Source: Eledone cirrhosa (lineage: Eukaryota). Taken from it: a stretch of DNA of 64,000 nt. The stretch covers positions 117,676,001 through 117,740,000 of the forward strand of contig OZ024745.1 of NCBI GenBank assembly GCA_964016885.1, given 5' to 3'. A program made the translations under genes and the position numbers. Below the pieces are notes generated by a model. The model had not been told where the DNA came from. It saw only the letters and a list, made by a program, of their open reading frames with translations, and ran no database searches. Position 1 is the first letter of the stretch; every line of letters starts with the position of its first letter. Positions 37,606-51,209 of the stretch are shown in pieces.

Positions 37606-38448
37606 GTTGGAGCAACCTCATCTTGCTCATAGATATGATATAAACACTTGTGAGTATATATATATAACATACGTGCACGTTAAAGTTTATCATATTCACA
37701 CATACAAATCCTCACATTCCACATACATACACTACATTGCTAGATAATTTACACATACACAAAATGACTTCAACGCATATATACAGTACACACATTCAAA
37801 CTTACATTCACTCACACATACATATCCACTAACACATGTATATATAGATACACTCACTATCTTTGTTACTTTACACAATATACCTTTAAAAATTACACAC
37901 GTTTAAACATACACTTAAACTCACACATATAACAACACTATTACACACACACTCCACTTCGTGTTCCAACTCGTTACCAAAATTACCTAACAGTTGTCTT
38001 GTTTCTATCTTCATTTTCGAATTTTTTTGTCTTTACTGGACCTTTTTTCTGTTTCTCCATTGTGATCCTGTCTCTATTAGTAATCCTGAAGAACTTTCTT
38101 TCCAATATAAAGTGTGAAACTAATACAACTTTTTGTTGTCTCCTTCAACTAAATATATATATATTTGTATATATATGCCAGCATGGAAAAATGGACGTTA
38201 AACAGTGATGATGATATCATCATCACTGTTTTGCATCCATTATTCCACACTAGCATGGGTTAGACAAGTTCTCCTGTTGTGGGCTGCCAAGTCAGGTGAC
38301 CTTGTCTTGCTCATACAGAACTGATTTTGGCTTGATTTCCACAGCTTTTAGAATGGGTGGTATTAGTAAACATATCGGTGCTCTGGTGCAATAAGTCCGG
38401 TGCTCTGGTGCAATAAGTAGCGCAAGTGCCCACAGAATACTAGCTCAT

Positions 38449-39443
38449 TCCATTGCACTGATGGTTCTATAGAAATAGTGGACACCTTCCGTTACCTGGG
38501 TGACAAAATCAGCAGTGGGGGAGGGTGCTCTGAAAGTACAGTAGCTAAGAGTCAGAACGGGATGGAAAAAGTTCAGAGAGCTTATACCACTATTGGCCGC
38601 TAAAGGGTTCTCCCTAAAAATGAAAGGTAGGCTGTATGATGCCTGCATACGAACAGCAATGTTGCATGGCAGTGAGACCTGGGCATTGTGTGCAGAGGAT
38701 ATACGCAGACTGGAGAGAAACGAAGCTTGCATGCTCCGCTGGATGTGTAATAGTAATATACGTGAACGGCAAAGCATAAACGAACTAAGGGAGAAATTAG
38801 AAATAAGAGGGATCAGATGTTGTTTACTCGAGAGAAGACTACGTTGGTACGGTCACGTGATGCGCATGAAAGACGACAGCTGTATAAAAAAAGTGCAGGG
38901 CGATAAAAATAGACGGTAGCCACGGAGTAGGCAGACCCAGAAAAACCTGGGACGACTTGATAAATTCCGACCTCACACACTTACACCTCTCCAAGACAAT
39001 GTCACTGGACCGAGATCTTTGGCACTACACAGTTATACAGAAGACCTGCCTTACCTAAGTACAAAGCGAAACCTACAGTCAGTAGGCACCTCTAACAAAA
39101 TACACCCCCATCCCACTACCTACACCCCACCCCATCCACACCACCCCCTTAAATGTGAAGTTATGTTGGTACCACAGCATCCAGTCCGAAACAAATGAGA
39201 TCATGTAGGTGTCACGACAAAAAACAGCACACAGTCCACGCTGTAATGTGACCGTGTAGGTAACACGGTAAAAACCTCCCAGTCCACACTGTAAACGTGG
39301 TTGGTGTTAGGAAGGGCATCCAGCCGTAGAAAACCCGCCAGACAGTCCTATACGAGCAGGACAACCAATCTTGCCTCAAGTGGGAAAACTCCCGTCCAAA
39401 CCCATGCAATCGTGGAAGATGGACATTAAACGATGATGATGAT
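38449..39443 (+). mobile_element. RTE LINE 3' portion with long 3' UTR
   Basis: KGFSLKMKGRLYDACIRTAMLHGSETW...RLRWYGHVMR; close relative of the 14587-16138 copy; (GAT)n tail. Confidence 0.92.
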
Positions 39444-39446
39444 CTG

Positions 39447-39795
39447 TGTTACAATTGTACAAAGAATAAAAATAGCAGTGTATGTTTATACTGGTTTACT
39501 TCATAGAAGTGAATAATGAAACGTACATATATTTTACCATTCATAGTGACGAGGCTGGAGTCTCCTTAGGCTGTTGGTGAGTTGAGGATTTGCTCTGCAT
39601 TCTGGCGTGTTGTTAACGAGACTGCTGCGAAGCGTCAAAGAGAAGGAGTTGATCTTTCAGCCTCTTACTTATAGTGGCCAAGAGGACGTAACTCCTTTTA
39701 CCACCTGGAGGTGACACCAGGGTCACTACCGTCACAAAGTGACGCAACTCTTATTTTAGTTCTGATGTCCCCCGCAAGGGGGTTGGGGCGCTACA
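39447..39795 (-). mobile_element. Probable solo LTR
   Basis: ~350-bp GC-richer block bounded by TGT...ACA, with TATAAGTA on the minus strand; no clear TSD. Confidence 0.45.
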
Positions 39796-39809
39796 AGCTC
39801 GATACTATT

Positions 39810-41280
39810 CCTAACACCAACCTCATTTACAGTGAATACTGGGTGCTTTTATGCCGTGGCACCTCCACGACCACTTTGCAATGGGAGGGGGTGGGGGCAT
39901 ATTATCTATATGCTTAAGCTTCAGCTTGTACCCGTGGGAAGTCGGGTGTTCTGGTCTTGGTCCTGTGTCATCGCCTTTGAGAGTTGCAATTGGTTTTATC
40001 ACCTCATCCCAGGTCTTCTTGGGTCTCCCGACTCCAAGGTTTCCATCGACTTTTAGTACTCTGCACCTTTTTATGCAGCTGTCATCCTTCATACGCATTA
40101 CATGTCCATACCAACACAATCTCCTCTCCTGCACACAGCATTTGATTCCTCTTATGCTTAGTCTCTCTCTCAATTTGTTTATGCTTTGCCGTTTGCATAT
40201 ATTACTATTACACATCCATCGAAGCATGCAAGCTTCGTTTCTTTCTAATCTACGCAAGTTTTCTGCACACAACACCCAGGTCTCACTACCATGTACATTG
40301 CTGTTCATATGCACACATCATACAGTCTGCCTTTCATTTTGAGGGAAAAGCCTTTCGCAGCTAGTAGTGGTAGTAGCTCCCTGAACTTCTTCCATCCTGT
40401 TCTTACCCTGGTTACTGAACTTTCAGAACACCCACCTTCACTGCTAATTTGGTCACCGAGGTAGCAGAAGCTGTCTACTGTTTCTACAGAGCCCTACTGA
40501 TGGGATCTAGATTCTGCTTTCTTGTCTACTTACGAGGACCTTAACTTTGAGACCCCTCCTTACTAGTCCCTCCTTCCTTGTTTGGAATTTCTTCTCTAGT
40601 TCCACTATAGATTCAGCTATAAGTATAAGATCACATGCATACAGAAGTTCCCATAGGCATCTGGTCTTAAACTCCTCTGTTACAGCCTGCAATACGATAA
40701 TAAACAGGAGAGGGCTAAGAACAGAGCCCTAGTGGACACCAACCTGTATGCTAAATTGCTCGCTATGGTCATTGTTAACCCTAAATTCGCTGACTGCTCC
40801 CCTATACATGGCTTGTACAGCCTTCACAAGGCATTCATCCACTCTTAGTTTTCTAAGAACCCACCAGATTATAGTACGGGGCACTCTGTCGAAGGCTTTC
40901 TCTTACTTTTAGCTAGGTACTGTTCCTGTAACTGACTCACAAGGAAGAGAGCATCAGTGGTGCTTTTGCATGTCACAAACCCAAACTGCATCTCATCTAG
41001 ATATACCCAGTCCCTAATCTGTTACTTTCATGACCTGGTCCATCAGCTTTATACCTCCATAGTTTCCTCTATCTAGTGCATCTCCTTTACCCTTATAGCA
41101 GTTGACAATGATGATGCTGTGCCAATCCTTTGGTATGACGCCCTCTAGTATTACTTGGTTAACAATACGTGTGGTTATGGTATGACCTACGGGCCCAGAT
41201 GCTTTCAGCATCCCAGCAGCTATACCCGATGGACCGGTTGCCTTCCCAGTCGTCTTCATATTTTTAATTGCTTTACTTAC
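39810..41280 (-). mobile_element. Decayed RTE LINE
   Basis: MKTTGKATGPSGIAA..L...IPKDW...YKGKGDALDRGNY.GIKLM; GSETW...RLCWYGHVMR. Confidence 0.9.
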
Positions 41281-42439
41281 TACAATGTTCTGTATACATT
41301 ATCATTATTATTTGCTTATTTTCCCCATCGTATATTTCAGCTTTTTTTAAAATAAACCACGCTGGACCCCCCCCCCCCCCCATCTCTCTCTCTTTCCAAC
41401 TCTCTATGAACTCATTCCAATCAATCTATCATTTAGTCGGTGACCATCTTCGAAATTCTCGCACATTCGCCTTGTCAATTATGTCTACTTGTATCTGCTT
41501 ATTTCCCCTGAATCTTCAGTGACGAAATAAAGCCATGATGGTATTTTTCTTCCACAATTTGAAAATGTTCTGTATACATTATTATTGGCGATAAAATAAA
41601 GTACCAGTAATGCACTGGGTAATTGCTGGCCTTGTGCAATTGCTGGCCTTGTGCCTAAAGTAGAAACAATTATTATTGGATTGGCAGTATCGGTAGAGAG
41701 TCGGACGCCATGCTTTCCAGCATAGTTACGTCCCTTTACAGTCTGAGTTCAAATCCCGCCGAGGTTTACTTTGCCTTTCATCCTTACGGGGTCGATAAAA
41801 TAAAGTACCAGTAATGCACTGGGTAATTGCTGGCCTTGTGCCTAAAGTAGAAACAATTATTATTATTATTTGTTTATTTTCCCCAACGTATATTTCGGCT
41901 TTTTTCGAAATAAACCACGCTGGACATTCTTCCCCTCTCTCTCTACATATTCGAACTCATCTCAAACCCGTCATTCTACCCCTTTCTCTCACTCATTCAT
42001 TGCGGTGTTACATACAAATCTAAACAGCTTTTGATCTTCCTCTATGGGTGTGTCCATATTTCTATGTTGTCATAGGCTGGACTGAGCTCTCAATGTCCCA
42101 CTGTAGCGAAAACTATCCACACACTGACACCCCGCCAACGGGCATTTTCTAGGTTATCTCCTTTGGCGTCAGTTGTTTGAAGTAGCAGGTGATTTTAAGG
42201 TGAAAGTAAAAATAAGTTCTTAAGTGAGCCAAACGAGAACCTTCCTAAAGCAAACACGGGCAGAGTTTGGCTCAGGTCTCCGACTGGAGACAAATTATTT
42301 GTCTACCCATCAAACCATTAGCAAAATGTAGTCCTTGGCAAAAATACACCTCGTGCCTACCTCTGGGCAGTGCGACAAGAAATAACAGCCAGCCACATTT
42401 ATAAGGCAATTTACATTGTGTCCCTGCACACGAACATAC

Positions 42440-42487
42440 CTCACGCACTTTCACCGCATACACAGTTTCTCCTTGTTTGTTGTTCAT
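42440..42487 (-). CDS. Candidate first coding exon of unknown nested antisense gene (MNNKQGETVYAVKVRE)
   Basis: gccATG context, 48 nt, GAG|GTATGT phase-0 donor, CpG-containing non-repetitive surroundings. Confidence 0.35.
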
Positions 42488-43225
42488 GGCTTTCGAATGT
42501 AACAAATGTTAATTCCCAGTGTTTCTATCGTGAAACGCGAATTAATAAATAATATATAAATGTTCTTCATCTATAACCCTAGCAGTGTGATCGGGGAAAA
42601 TCACTTTCCCCACGGATAAAACACATTCGTTTTCCAACAGATGTACACATTGGTTACCTATTGCAATTATCTATAACCAATACACATTATCATCATCCCA
42701 CTTCTGACACCACACACGCAAATCTCTTGTTACACCACTACTCGTCTTGATCCTTAGTTATCTGACACTCAACAAAACAAGCCAGCTATATTAGTTGCAC
42801 TGGAAAGGTCATCTGATATATAAAAAGATCCACCTCTAACTCAGTGTTACCGCTTTTCTAGATTGTACAATGGCTAATCTAATTCTCTCCAAAGTTGTTT
42901 TTGTTTGTTCACTATAATTATGTCAAATGTTGTGTGAACAAATTAGTCACCCATACACAACTAATGTCTGTTTAGAGCTAAACAGCTTGTTCTTTCTTTG
43001 TGTAAACACTTGACTTGCTCAATGTAGCAGCCAAATGTTTGTTAGACTTGATTTGCTCAATGTAGCAGTCAAATGTTTGTTAGACACTTCTCTTTGCACC
43101 ATAACATGAACATGTTAGCATAGTCACAGTTTATAATATAAAACAATAATCTAATTTTATATGAAGCAACATGTGGGGAATAAGAGAAAGGATAATGCAG
43201 CGACAAGTGATTATAAGTAGATTAA

Positions 43226-43433
43226 CCCTTTAACATTTAAACTGGCTGTATATGGCCAGAAATCTCTGACCTCTTTCTGTTCAGACTGGCTGTAACTGGC
43301 TACTCAAACTAATGTTAAGGTATTGTTCTCAAAATAAATAGTATCGAAATCTTATAGATTCGATATTATGCGAGATAAAGCCTTTACTGCGAAAATATAA
43401 TAGTAAATATAGAGTAATGTAAATGCTAAAGGG
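43226..43433. mobile_element. piggyBac-type MITE
   Basis: TTAA|CCCTTTAACATTTA...TAAATGCTAAAGGG|TTAA. Confidence 0.85.
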
Positions 43434-45663
43434 TTAAAGAATAGTATAACAATATGTCTTATTTTGTTTGTTTTTAAGCGGAATTGAGATAAGAAATTGT
43501 GATGAATATGAGAACATTTTTTATTCATTGAAATTGTTTGTATTTATATCTCTGCCCACCGAAGCTGGTTAACTTACTATTAACATCTTGTGGTGATTTA
43601 GCTGAAAATATCTAAAAACAGATTTGTTAATTCAAATGTTTATAGTATCTTTACTAGTAGACATATCCTTGTGAAAATTTTAAACAAACTAAAGACTTCA
43701 ATTTTAGAGTGATGCAGTCATAGTGCTGTTTTATACTTTTCAAGAAAGCATTACTAACGTGGTTCTGTGTGCTACAGGACATTAAAAGTTTAGTTAAACA
43801 GTTAATATTCTACAACCATTGAACTGCTGGAATGTGTCTCCTAGAAAGGTCATTGTTCCTCCTGCATAGCAATAAAAGGAAGGGAGATAATTCTTCTGGA
43901 TAAGATGTCAGTATTTTGTAAGATTCCCAGATGATCTGGTATCTATTGTTTGTAGTTACTTAGTATAGAGTAAAAAGGTATTGACACACAACAGAATGCC
44001 TGTAATAGATTTGAATTTCCTGGGTCCATGAAAATAACCCTTTTTTGTATCAATCTTCCTGAAACTGCCATTTTAAAATGTTCAAACTTATATTATGTCC
44101 TATCAAATGTTAGCTTACTGATAAAAAAGTTAATCATTTTACTGAATTCTTGCTTTATGAATGTATTTATGTATCAATTTTTTAAAAATATATAAATATA
44201 TTTTATCTGCATTAGAAGTACTAGCAGAAAAACCATCCTTCAGGTGGTTTTCTGCTAGCATGTGTAGTGTGCATATAGATATTATATATATGCACAGAAA
44301 TTGAAGAGAGAGAGACTGTGTTACACTCTCTCCCTTAATCAGTAAAGTAATCCATGATACATTTAAAAAAGACAATATTATATATAAACTGTACGATATT
44401 ATATATAAAGTATTACAGTGAAATGTAATGAAAATGAAAAAGGAGAAAATTAGCGACAGAAATATAAACCTTATATAACGATACAAATATATGAACGCTT
44501 ACATAAGCGTTATGATATAACGGACGCTAACCGGAAGTGTTGACATTTGAAAATTTAGAAAGAAGTGAATCTTAAAATAAGCAATCATTATATATAAGAA
44601 TATTTATGTTTAATCAACAGCTACGAAATTTAGTACATAAATTATGTAATATTCATTCATTTAGTTACGTCCCTTTACGATCTGAGTTCAAATCCCACCG
44701 AGGTTGACTTTGCCTTTCATCCTTACGGGGTCGATAAAATAAAGTATCAGTAATGCACTGGGTAATTGCTGGCCTTGTGCTTAAAGTAGAAACAATTATT
44801 TATTAAAAGGTTAACTTTGCCTTTCATCTTTATGGGGTCGATAAAATAAAGTACCAGTAATGCACTGGGTAATTGCTGGCTTTGTGCCTAAAGTAGAAAC
44901 AATTATTTATTAAAAGTAATCTAACTTATTTTACTAACAGGATAAAAAAAATATATTCAGGGCGCAGTCCCGCACTCCTCCCTTTATTATATTATGATAT
45001 GCATATATTTTGTTTGTATTTGTAATTATATTTCCATCATTAACAAATTGAAACATCTTAAATTTTCAGAAAGTAAAACGATAGAAAACTAATGTTTTCA
45101 TTATTTAATGTACATTACTTTCATTATTTTGAAAACTAATACAATTATTACAAAATAGATATTTGTAGTCTCATGTAATTAATACATGACTTTATTGAAG
45201 TATTAGATTGAGATTCCATATTTTATATTACTTAAAACGTTTTTGTTTTGAACAAAAATCCAAAGGGAACATAACAAAACTAATTTGGCTGCTATTTCTA
45301 GCAGACTAAATGATCACATAGAAATTCGCTCATTGACTTATTGAAATATTTTTTATAACCTATTTCTAAAGTAATAAACACTTTATCTTGTGAATCATTC
45401 CACCTTCTAAGAGGTTACTGACATTACATTGCAGTGTTTACTGTTTATGTTGTCTGAAGGTGATCACAAATTGCAGCAACATACTGACTATGTGAAAAGA
45501 AGTAACTAGAAACTATCTTCCTCATAAACAGTAGAATAAATACTAAAATAAAACCAAACTGATGCAGCATACTAACAGGTGATATCTATATACTCCTCAC
45601 TACCCCCCCCACTCCCACAGTACTGTACATAGCTCAGGTACACCAGGTGATGCAACATACTAG

Positions 45664-48600
45664 CATTAGAGGAAATATTGACAGAATTGTTGGTACATTA
45701 GAGGAAATGTTGACAGAATTGTTGGTACATTAGAGGAAATGTTGACAGAATTGTTGGTACATTAGATGAAATATTGACAGCATTGTTGGTACATTAGAGG
45801 AAATGTTGACAGAATTGTTAGTACATTAGATGAAATGTTGACAGAATTGTTAGTGTGTTAGATGAAATGTTGATAGAATTGTTAGTACATTAGATGAAAT
45901 GTTGACAGAATTGTTAGTACATTAGAAGAAATGTTGACAGAATTGTTGGTACATTAGAGGAAATGTTGACAGAATTGTTAGTACATTAGATGAAATGTTG
46001 ACAGAATTGTTAGTACATTAGAGGAAATATTGACAGAATTGTTAGTACATTAGAGGAAATGTTGACAGAATTGTTGGTACATTAGAGAAAATGTTGACAG
46101 AATTGTTGGTACATTAGAGGAAATATTGACAGAATTGTTAGTACATTAGAGAAAATGTTGACAGAATCGTTGGTAAATTAGAGGAAATATTGACAGAATT
46201 GTTGGTACATTAGAGGAAATATTGACAGAATTGTTGGTACATTAGATGAAATGTTGACAGAATTGTTGGTACATTAGATGAAATGTTGACAGAATTGTTA
46301 GTACATTAGAGGAAATGTTGACAGAATTGTTGGTACATTAGAAGAAATGTTGACAGAATTGTTAGTACATTAGAAGAAATGTTGACAGAATTGTTGGTAC
46401 ATTAGAAGAAATGTTGACAGAATTGTTGGTACATTAGAGGAAATATTGACAGAATTGTTAGTACATTAGATGAAATGTTGACAGAATTGTTGGTACATTA
46501 GAGAAAATGTTGACAGAATTGTTGGTACATTAGAGGAAATGTTGACAGAATTGTTAGTACATTAGAGGAAATGTTGACAGAATTGTTGGTACATTAGAGG
46601 AAATATTGACAGAATTGTTAGTACATTAGATGAAATGTTAACAGAATTGTTAGTACATTAGAGGAAATATTGACAGAATTGTTAGTACATTAGAAGAAAT
46701 GTTGACAGAATTGTTGGTACATTAGAGGAAATATTGACAGAATTGTTGGTACATTAGAGGAAATATTGACAGAATTGTTAGTACATTAGAGGAAATGTTG
46801 ACAGAATTGTTGGTACATTAGAAGAAATGTTGACAGAATTGTTAGTACATTAGAAGAAATGTTGACAGAATTGTTGGTACATTAGAAGAAATGTTGACAG
46901 AATTGTTGGTACATTAGAGGAAATGTTGACAGAATTGTTAGTACATTAGATGAAATGTTGACATAATTGTTGGTACATTAGAAGAAATGTTGACAGAATT
47001 GTTGGTACATTAGATGAAATGTTGACAGAATTGTTAGTACATTAGATGAAATGTTGACAGAATTGTTGGTACATTAGAAGAAATGTTGACAGAATTGTTG
47101 GTACATTAGAAGAAATGTTGACAGAATTGTTGGTACATTAGATGAAATGTAGACAGAATTGTTAGTACATTAGAGGAAATGTTGACAGAATTGTTGGTAC
47201 ATTAGAAGAAATGTTGACAGAATTGTTAGTACATTAGAGGAAATGTTGACAGAATCGTTGGTACATTAGAGGAAATGTTGACAGAATTGTTGGTACATTA
47301 GAGAAAATGTTGACAGAATTGTTGGTACATTAGAGGAAATATTGACAGAATTGTTAGTACATTAGAGAAAATGTTGACAGAATCGTTGGTAAATTAGAGG
47401 AAATATTGACAGAATTGTTGGTACATTAGAGGAAATATTGACAGAATTGTTGGTACATTAGATGAAATGTTGACAGAATTGTTGGTACATTAGATGAAAT
47501 GTTGACAGAATTGTTAGTACATTAGAGGAAATGTTGACAGAATTGTTGGTACATTAGAAGAAATGTTGACAGAATTGTTAGTACATTAGAAGAAATGTTG
47601 ACAGAATTGTTGGTACATTAGAAGAAATGTTGACAGAATTGTTGGTACATTAGAGGAAATATTGACAGAATTGTTAGTACATTAGATGAAATGTTGACAG
47701 AATTGTTGGTACATTAGAGAAAATGTTGACAGAATTGTTGGTACATTAGAGGAAATGTTGACAGAATTGTTAGTACATTAGAGGAAATGTTGACAGAATT
47801 GTTGGTACATTAGAGGAAATATTGACAGAATTGTTAGTACATTAGATGAAATGTTAACAGAATTGTTAGTACATTAGAGGAAATATTGACAGAATTGTTA
47901 GTACATTAGAAGAAATGTTGACAGAATTGTTGGTACATTAGAGGAAATATTGACAGAATTGTTGGTACATTAGAGGAAATATTGACAGAATTGTTAGTAC
48001 ATTAGAGGAAATGTTGACAGAATTGTTGGTACATTAGAAGAAATGTTGACAGAATTGTTAGTACATTAGAAGAAATGTTGACAGAATTGTTGGTACATTA
48101 GAAGAAATGTTGACAGAATTGTTGGTACATTAGAGGAAATGTTGACAGAATTGTTAGTACATTAGATGAAATGTTGACAGAATTGTTGGTACATTAGAAG
48201 AAATGTTGACAGAATTGTTGGTACATTAGATGAAATGTTGACAGAATTGTTAGTACATTAGATGAAATGTTGACAGAATTGTTGGTACATTAGAAGAAAT
48301 GTTGACAGAATTGTTGGTACATTAGAAGAAATGTTGACAGAATTGTTGGTACATTAGATGAAATGTAGACAGAATTGTTAGTACATTAGAGGAAATGTTG
48401 ACAGAATTGTTGGTACATTAGAAGAAATGTTGACAGAATTGTTGGTACATTAGAGGAAATGTTGACAGAATCGTTGGTACATTAGAGGAAATGTTGACAG
48501 AATTGTTGGTACATTAGATGAAATGTTGACAGAATTGTTGGTACATTAGAGAAAATGTTGACAGAATTGTTGGTACATTAGAGGAAATGTTGACAGAATT

Positions 48601-49772
48601 GTTAGTACATTAGAGGAAATATTGACAGAATTGTTAGTACATTAGATGAAATGTTGACAGAATTGTTGGTACATTAGAGAAAATGTTGACAGAATTGTTG
48701 GTACATTAGAGGAAATGTTGACAGAATTGTTAGTACATTAGAGGAAATGTTGACAGAATTGTTAGTACATTAGATGAAATGTTGACAGAATTGTTAGTAC
48801 ATTAGAGGAAATGTTGACAGAATTGTTAGTACATTAGAGGAAATATTGACAGAATTGTTAGTACATTAGAGGAAATATTGACAGAATTGTTAGTACATTA
48901 GATGAAATGTTGACAGAATTGTTAGTACATTAGAGGAAATGTTGACAGAATTGTTGGTACATTAGAGGAAATATTGACAGAATTGTTGGTACATTAGAGG
49001 AAATATTGACAGAATTGTTGGTACATTAGAGGAAATGTTGACAGAATTGTTAGTACATTAGAAGAAATGTTGACAGAATTGTTAGTACATTAGAAGAAAT
49101 GTTGACAGAATTGTTGGTACATTAGAGGAAATGTTGACAGAATCGTTGGTACATTAGAGGAAATGTTGACAGAATCGTTGGTACATTAGAGGAAATGTTG
49201 ACAGAATTGTTGGTACATTAGATGAAATGTTGACAGAATCGTTAGTACATTAGAGGAAATGTTGACAGAATTGTTGGTACATTAGAGGAAATGTTGACAG
49301 AATCGTTGGTACATTAGAGGAAATGTTGACAGAATCGTTGGTACATTAGAGGAAATGTTGACAGAATCGTTGGTACATTAGAGGAAATGTTGACAGAATT
49401 GTTGGTACATTAGAGGAAATGTTGACAGAATTGTTGGTACATTAGAGGAAATATTGACAGAATCGTTGCTACATTAGAGGAAATGTTGACAGAATCGTTG
49501 GTACATTAGAGGAAATGTTGACAGAATTGTTGGTACATTAGAGGAAATGTTGACAGAATCGTTAGTACATTAGAGGAAATATTGACAGAATTGTTGGTAC
49601 ATTAGAGGAAATGTTGACAGAATCGTTAGTACATTAGAGGAAATATTGACAGAATTGTTGGTACATTAGAGGAAATATTGACAGAATTGTTGGTACATTA
49701 GAGGAAATATTGACAGAATCGTTAGTGTGTTAAATGAAATGTTGACAGAATCATTAGTGTTAAATGAAATGC
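45664..49772. repeat. 32-bp satellite array, ~128 copies
   Basis: Unit cattagaggaaatgttgacagaattgttggta; runs directly into a family A SINE body at 49770-49915. Confidence 0.97.
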
Positions 49773-50214
49773 ATTGCAGTATTTTGTTACAGCCCTCAAT
49801 ATTCTGAGTTCAAATCCTGCCGAGATTAACTTTGTTTTTCATCCTTCTGAGGTCAATAAAATAATGTACCAGTCAAATACTGAGGTCAATATAATCGACT
49901 TCCCTTTCCCCAATGAAGTTAACTGTGCTGAAGTTTTATCTTCTCATTAACAATCTTCCATATCTCCTTGTGACTCTTTTATATTTTAGTTTAAGACAAT
50001 AACGATCCTGTGTACCTCAATGTTTTTAGACCTGCCTGGTTATATTTTCTGGATTAAGAGGTTCATCATCATCATCATCATCTTCATATATTGAGCAATG
50101 ACATTAGTTGGAATGAATTCTGTTCAGGGTAGACTTTGTGAAGGTAGCCATCTCTCACTCCCATCATCTCCATGCCAGGACAGCCCATCATCTCCATGCA
50201 TGGAAAATGAAAGA

Positions 50215-50505
50215 CAACACATGTTACTGTGGGGACCCTGACTAAACAGTGCTACTACATGTGACTGGGGTCCCTGACTAGGCAGTGCTACATGTGACTG
50301 TGGGGTGTCTGACCAGACAGTACTACATGTTGCCGTGGGGTCCCTGACTAGACAGTGCTACATGTGACTGGGGTCCCTCACTAGACAGTGCTACATGTGA
50401 CTGGGGTCCCTGACTAGACAGTGCTACATGTTGTTGTGGGGGTCCCTGACTAGACAGTACTACATTTGCTGTGGGGGTCCCTGACCAGACAGTGCTACAT
50501 GTTGT
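50215..50505. repeat. 33-38 bp minisatellite, ~8 copies
   Basis: Unit catgtgactggggtccctgactagacagtgcta. Confidence 0.9.
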
Positions 50506-51005
50506 CCAGTATTGCCCCCTCAGATATTGTTCTAACAACCTTAAGGTAATCCATAATACTACAACGCCCTAGTCTGGCTCACCAATCTCAATCTATCTCT
50601 CTAACCATTGTGTATATATCATATGACAAGAAGAATCATCTTCATCATTATCAATTTATGTCCATCTTCCCAATATTTGTTATTGTCATTTTCTGTTACA
50701 CAGGAATCATGAGAATGAATGAGTGTTGATGTCACTTATGGAGTTGACATTTCTAGGAAATACCAAAAAAATCCTTAATTAAAAAAAACAAAACAATTTA
50801 CAACTGGAGTGCTATTGTGGGATCACATACATACATGCACACAAACACACATACACACAAACACACAAACACACATACACACATACACCCATGCACACAA
50901 ACACACATACACACTTTTGTATTAGTTTGAATATTTTGATATCATTTATGTCAGTTATAAGCTGGAACTCTGTTGTAAACTGTATTTTTCTCTAATATTT
51001 TCCAG

Positions 51006-51176
51006 CTGGGTTGACATATCGCTATAGAGCTCCGTATCCCAAGATCCAACAGCCTCACATACTCACAGCTAAACACATTGGTTATCCATCTCTCTCTGAG
51101 AAAACACTTATGTTGACTTCCTCTTCCAATTCTTTATTGGATTACTTTCGACCACGCCTAGGGCCATTCACTCCTG
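51006..51176 (+). CDS. SDHD: SDHD exon 2 (presequence/N-terminus)
   Basis: ttttccag acceptor, G|GTAAGT donor, 171 nt open in phase 1-1 (GLTYRYRAPYPKIQQPHILTAKH...RPRLGPFTP), in frame with exon 3. Confidence 0.8.
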
Positions 51177-51209
51177 GTAAGTCATTTGTTTTTATTTATG
51201 TGTGTTTGT

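Noticed and set aside
36933-37643. 236-aa and overlapping repetitive ORFs
   Set aside because: Products of the 48-bp SINE-derived minisatellite
37987-38148. Coding exon of the antisense candidate gene
   Set aside because: Good splice signals and a 162-nt length, but stops in all three frames from the acceptor; could only be non-coding or UTR
45664-49772. CRISPR-like array of ~32-bp repeats
   Set aside because: Units are head-to-tail with no unique spacers, there are no cas genes, and the context is eukaryotic
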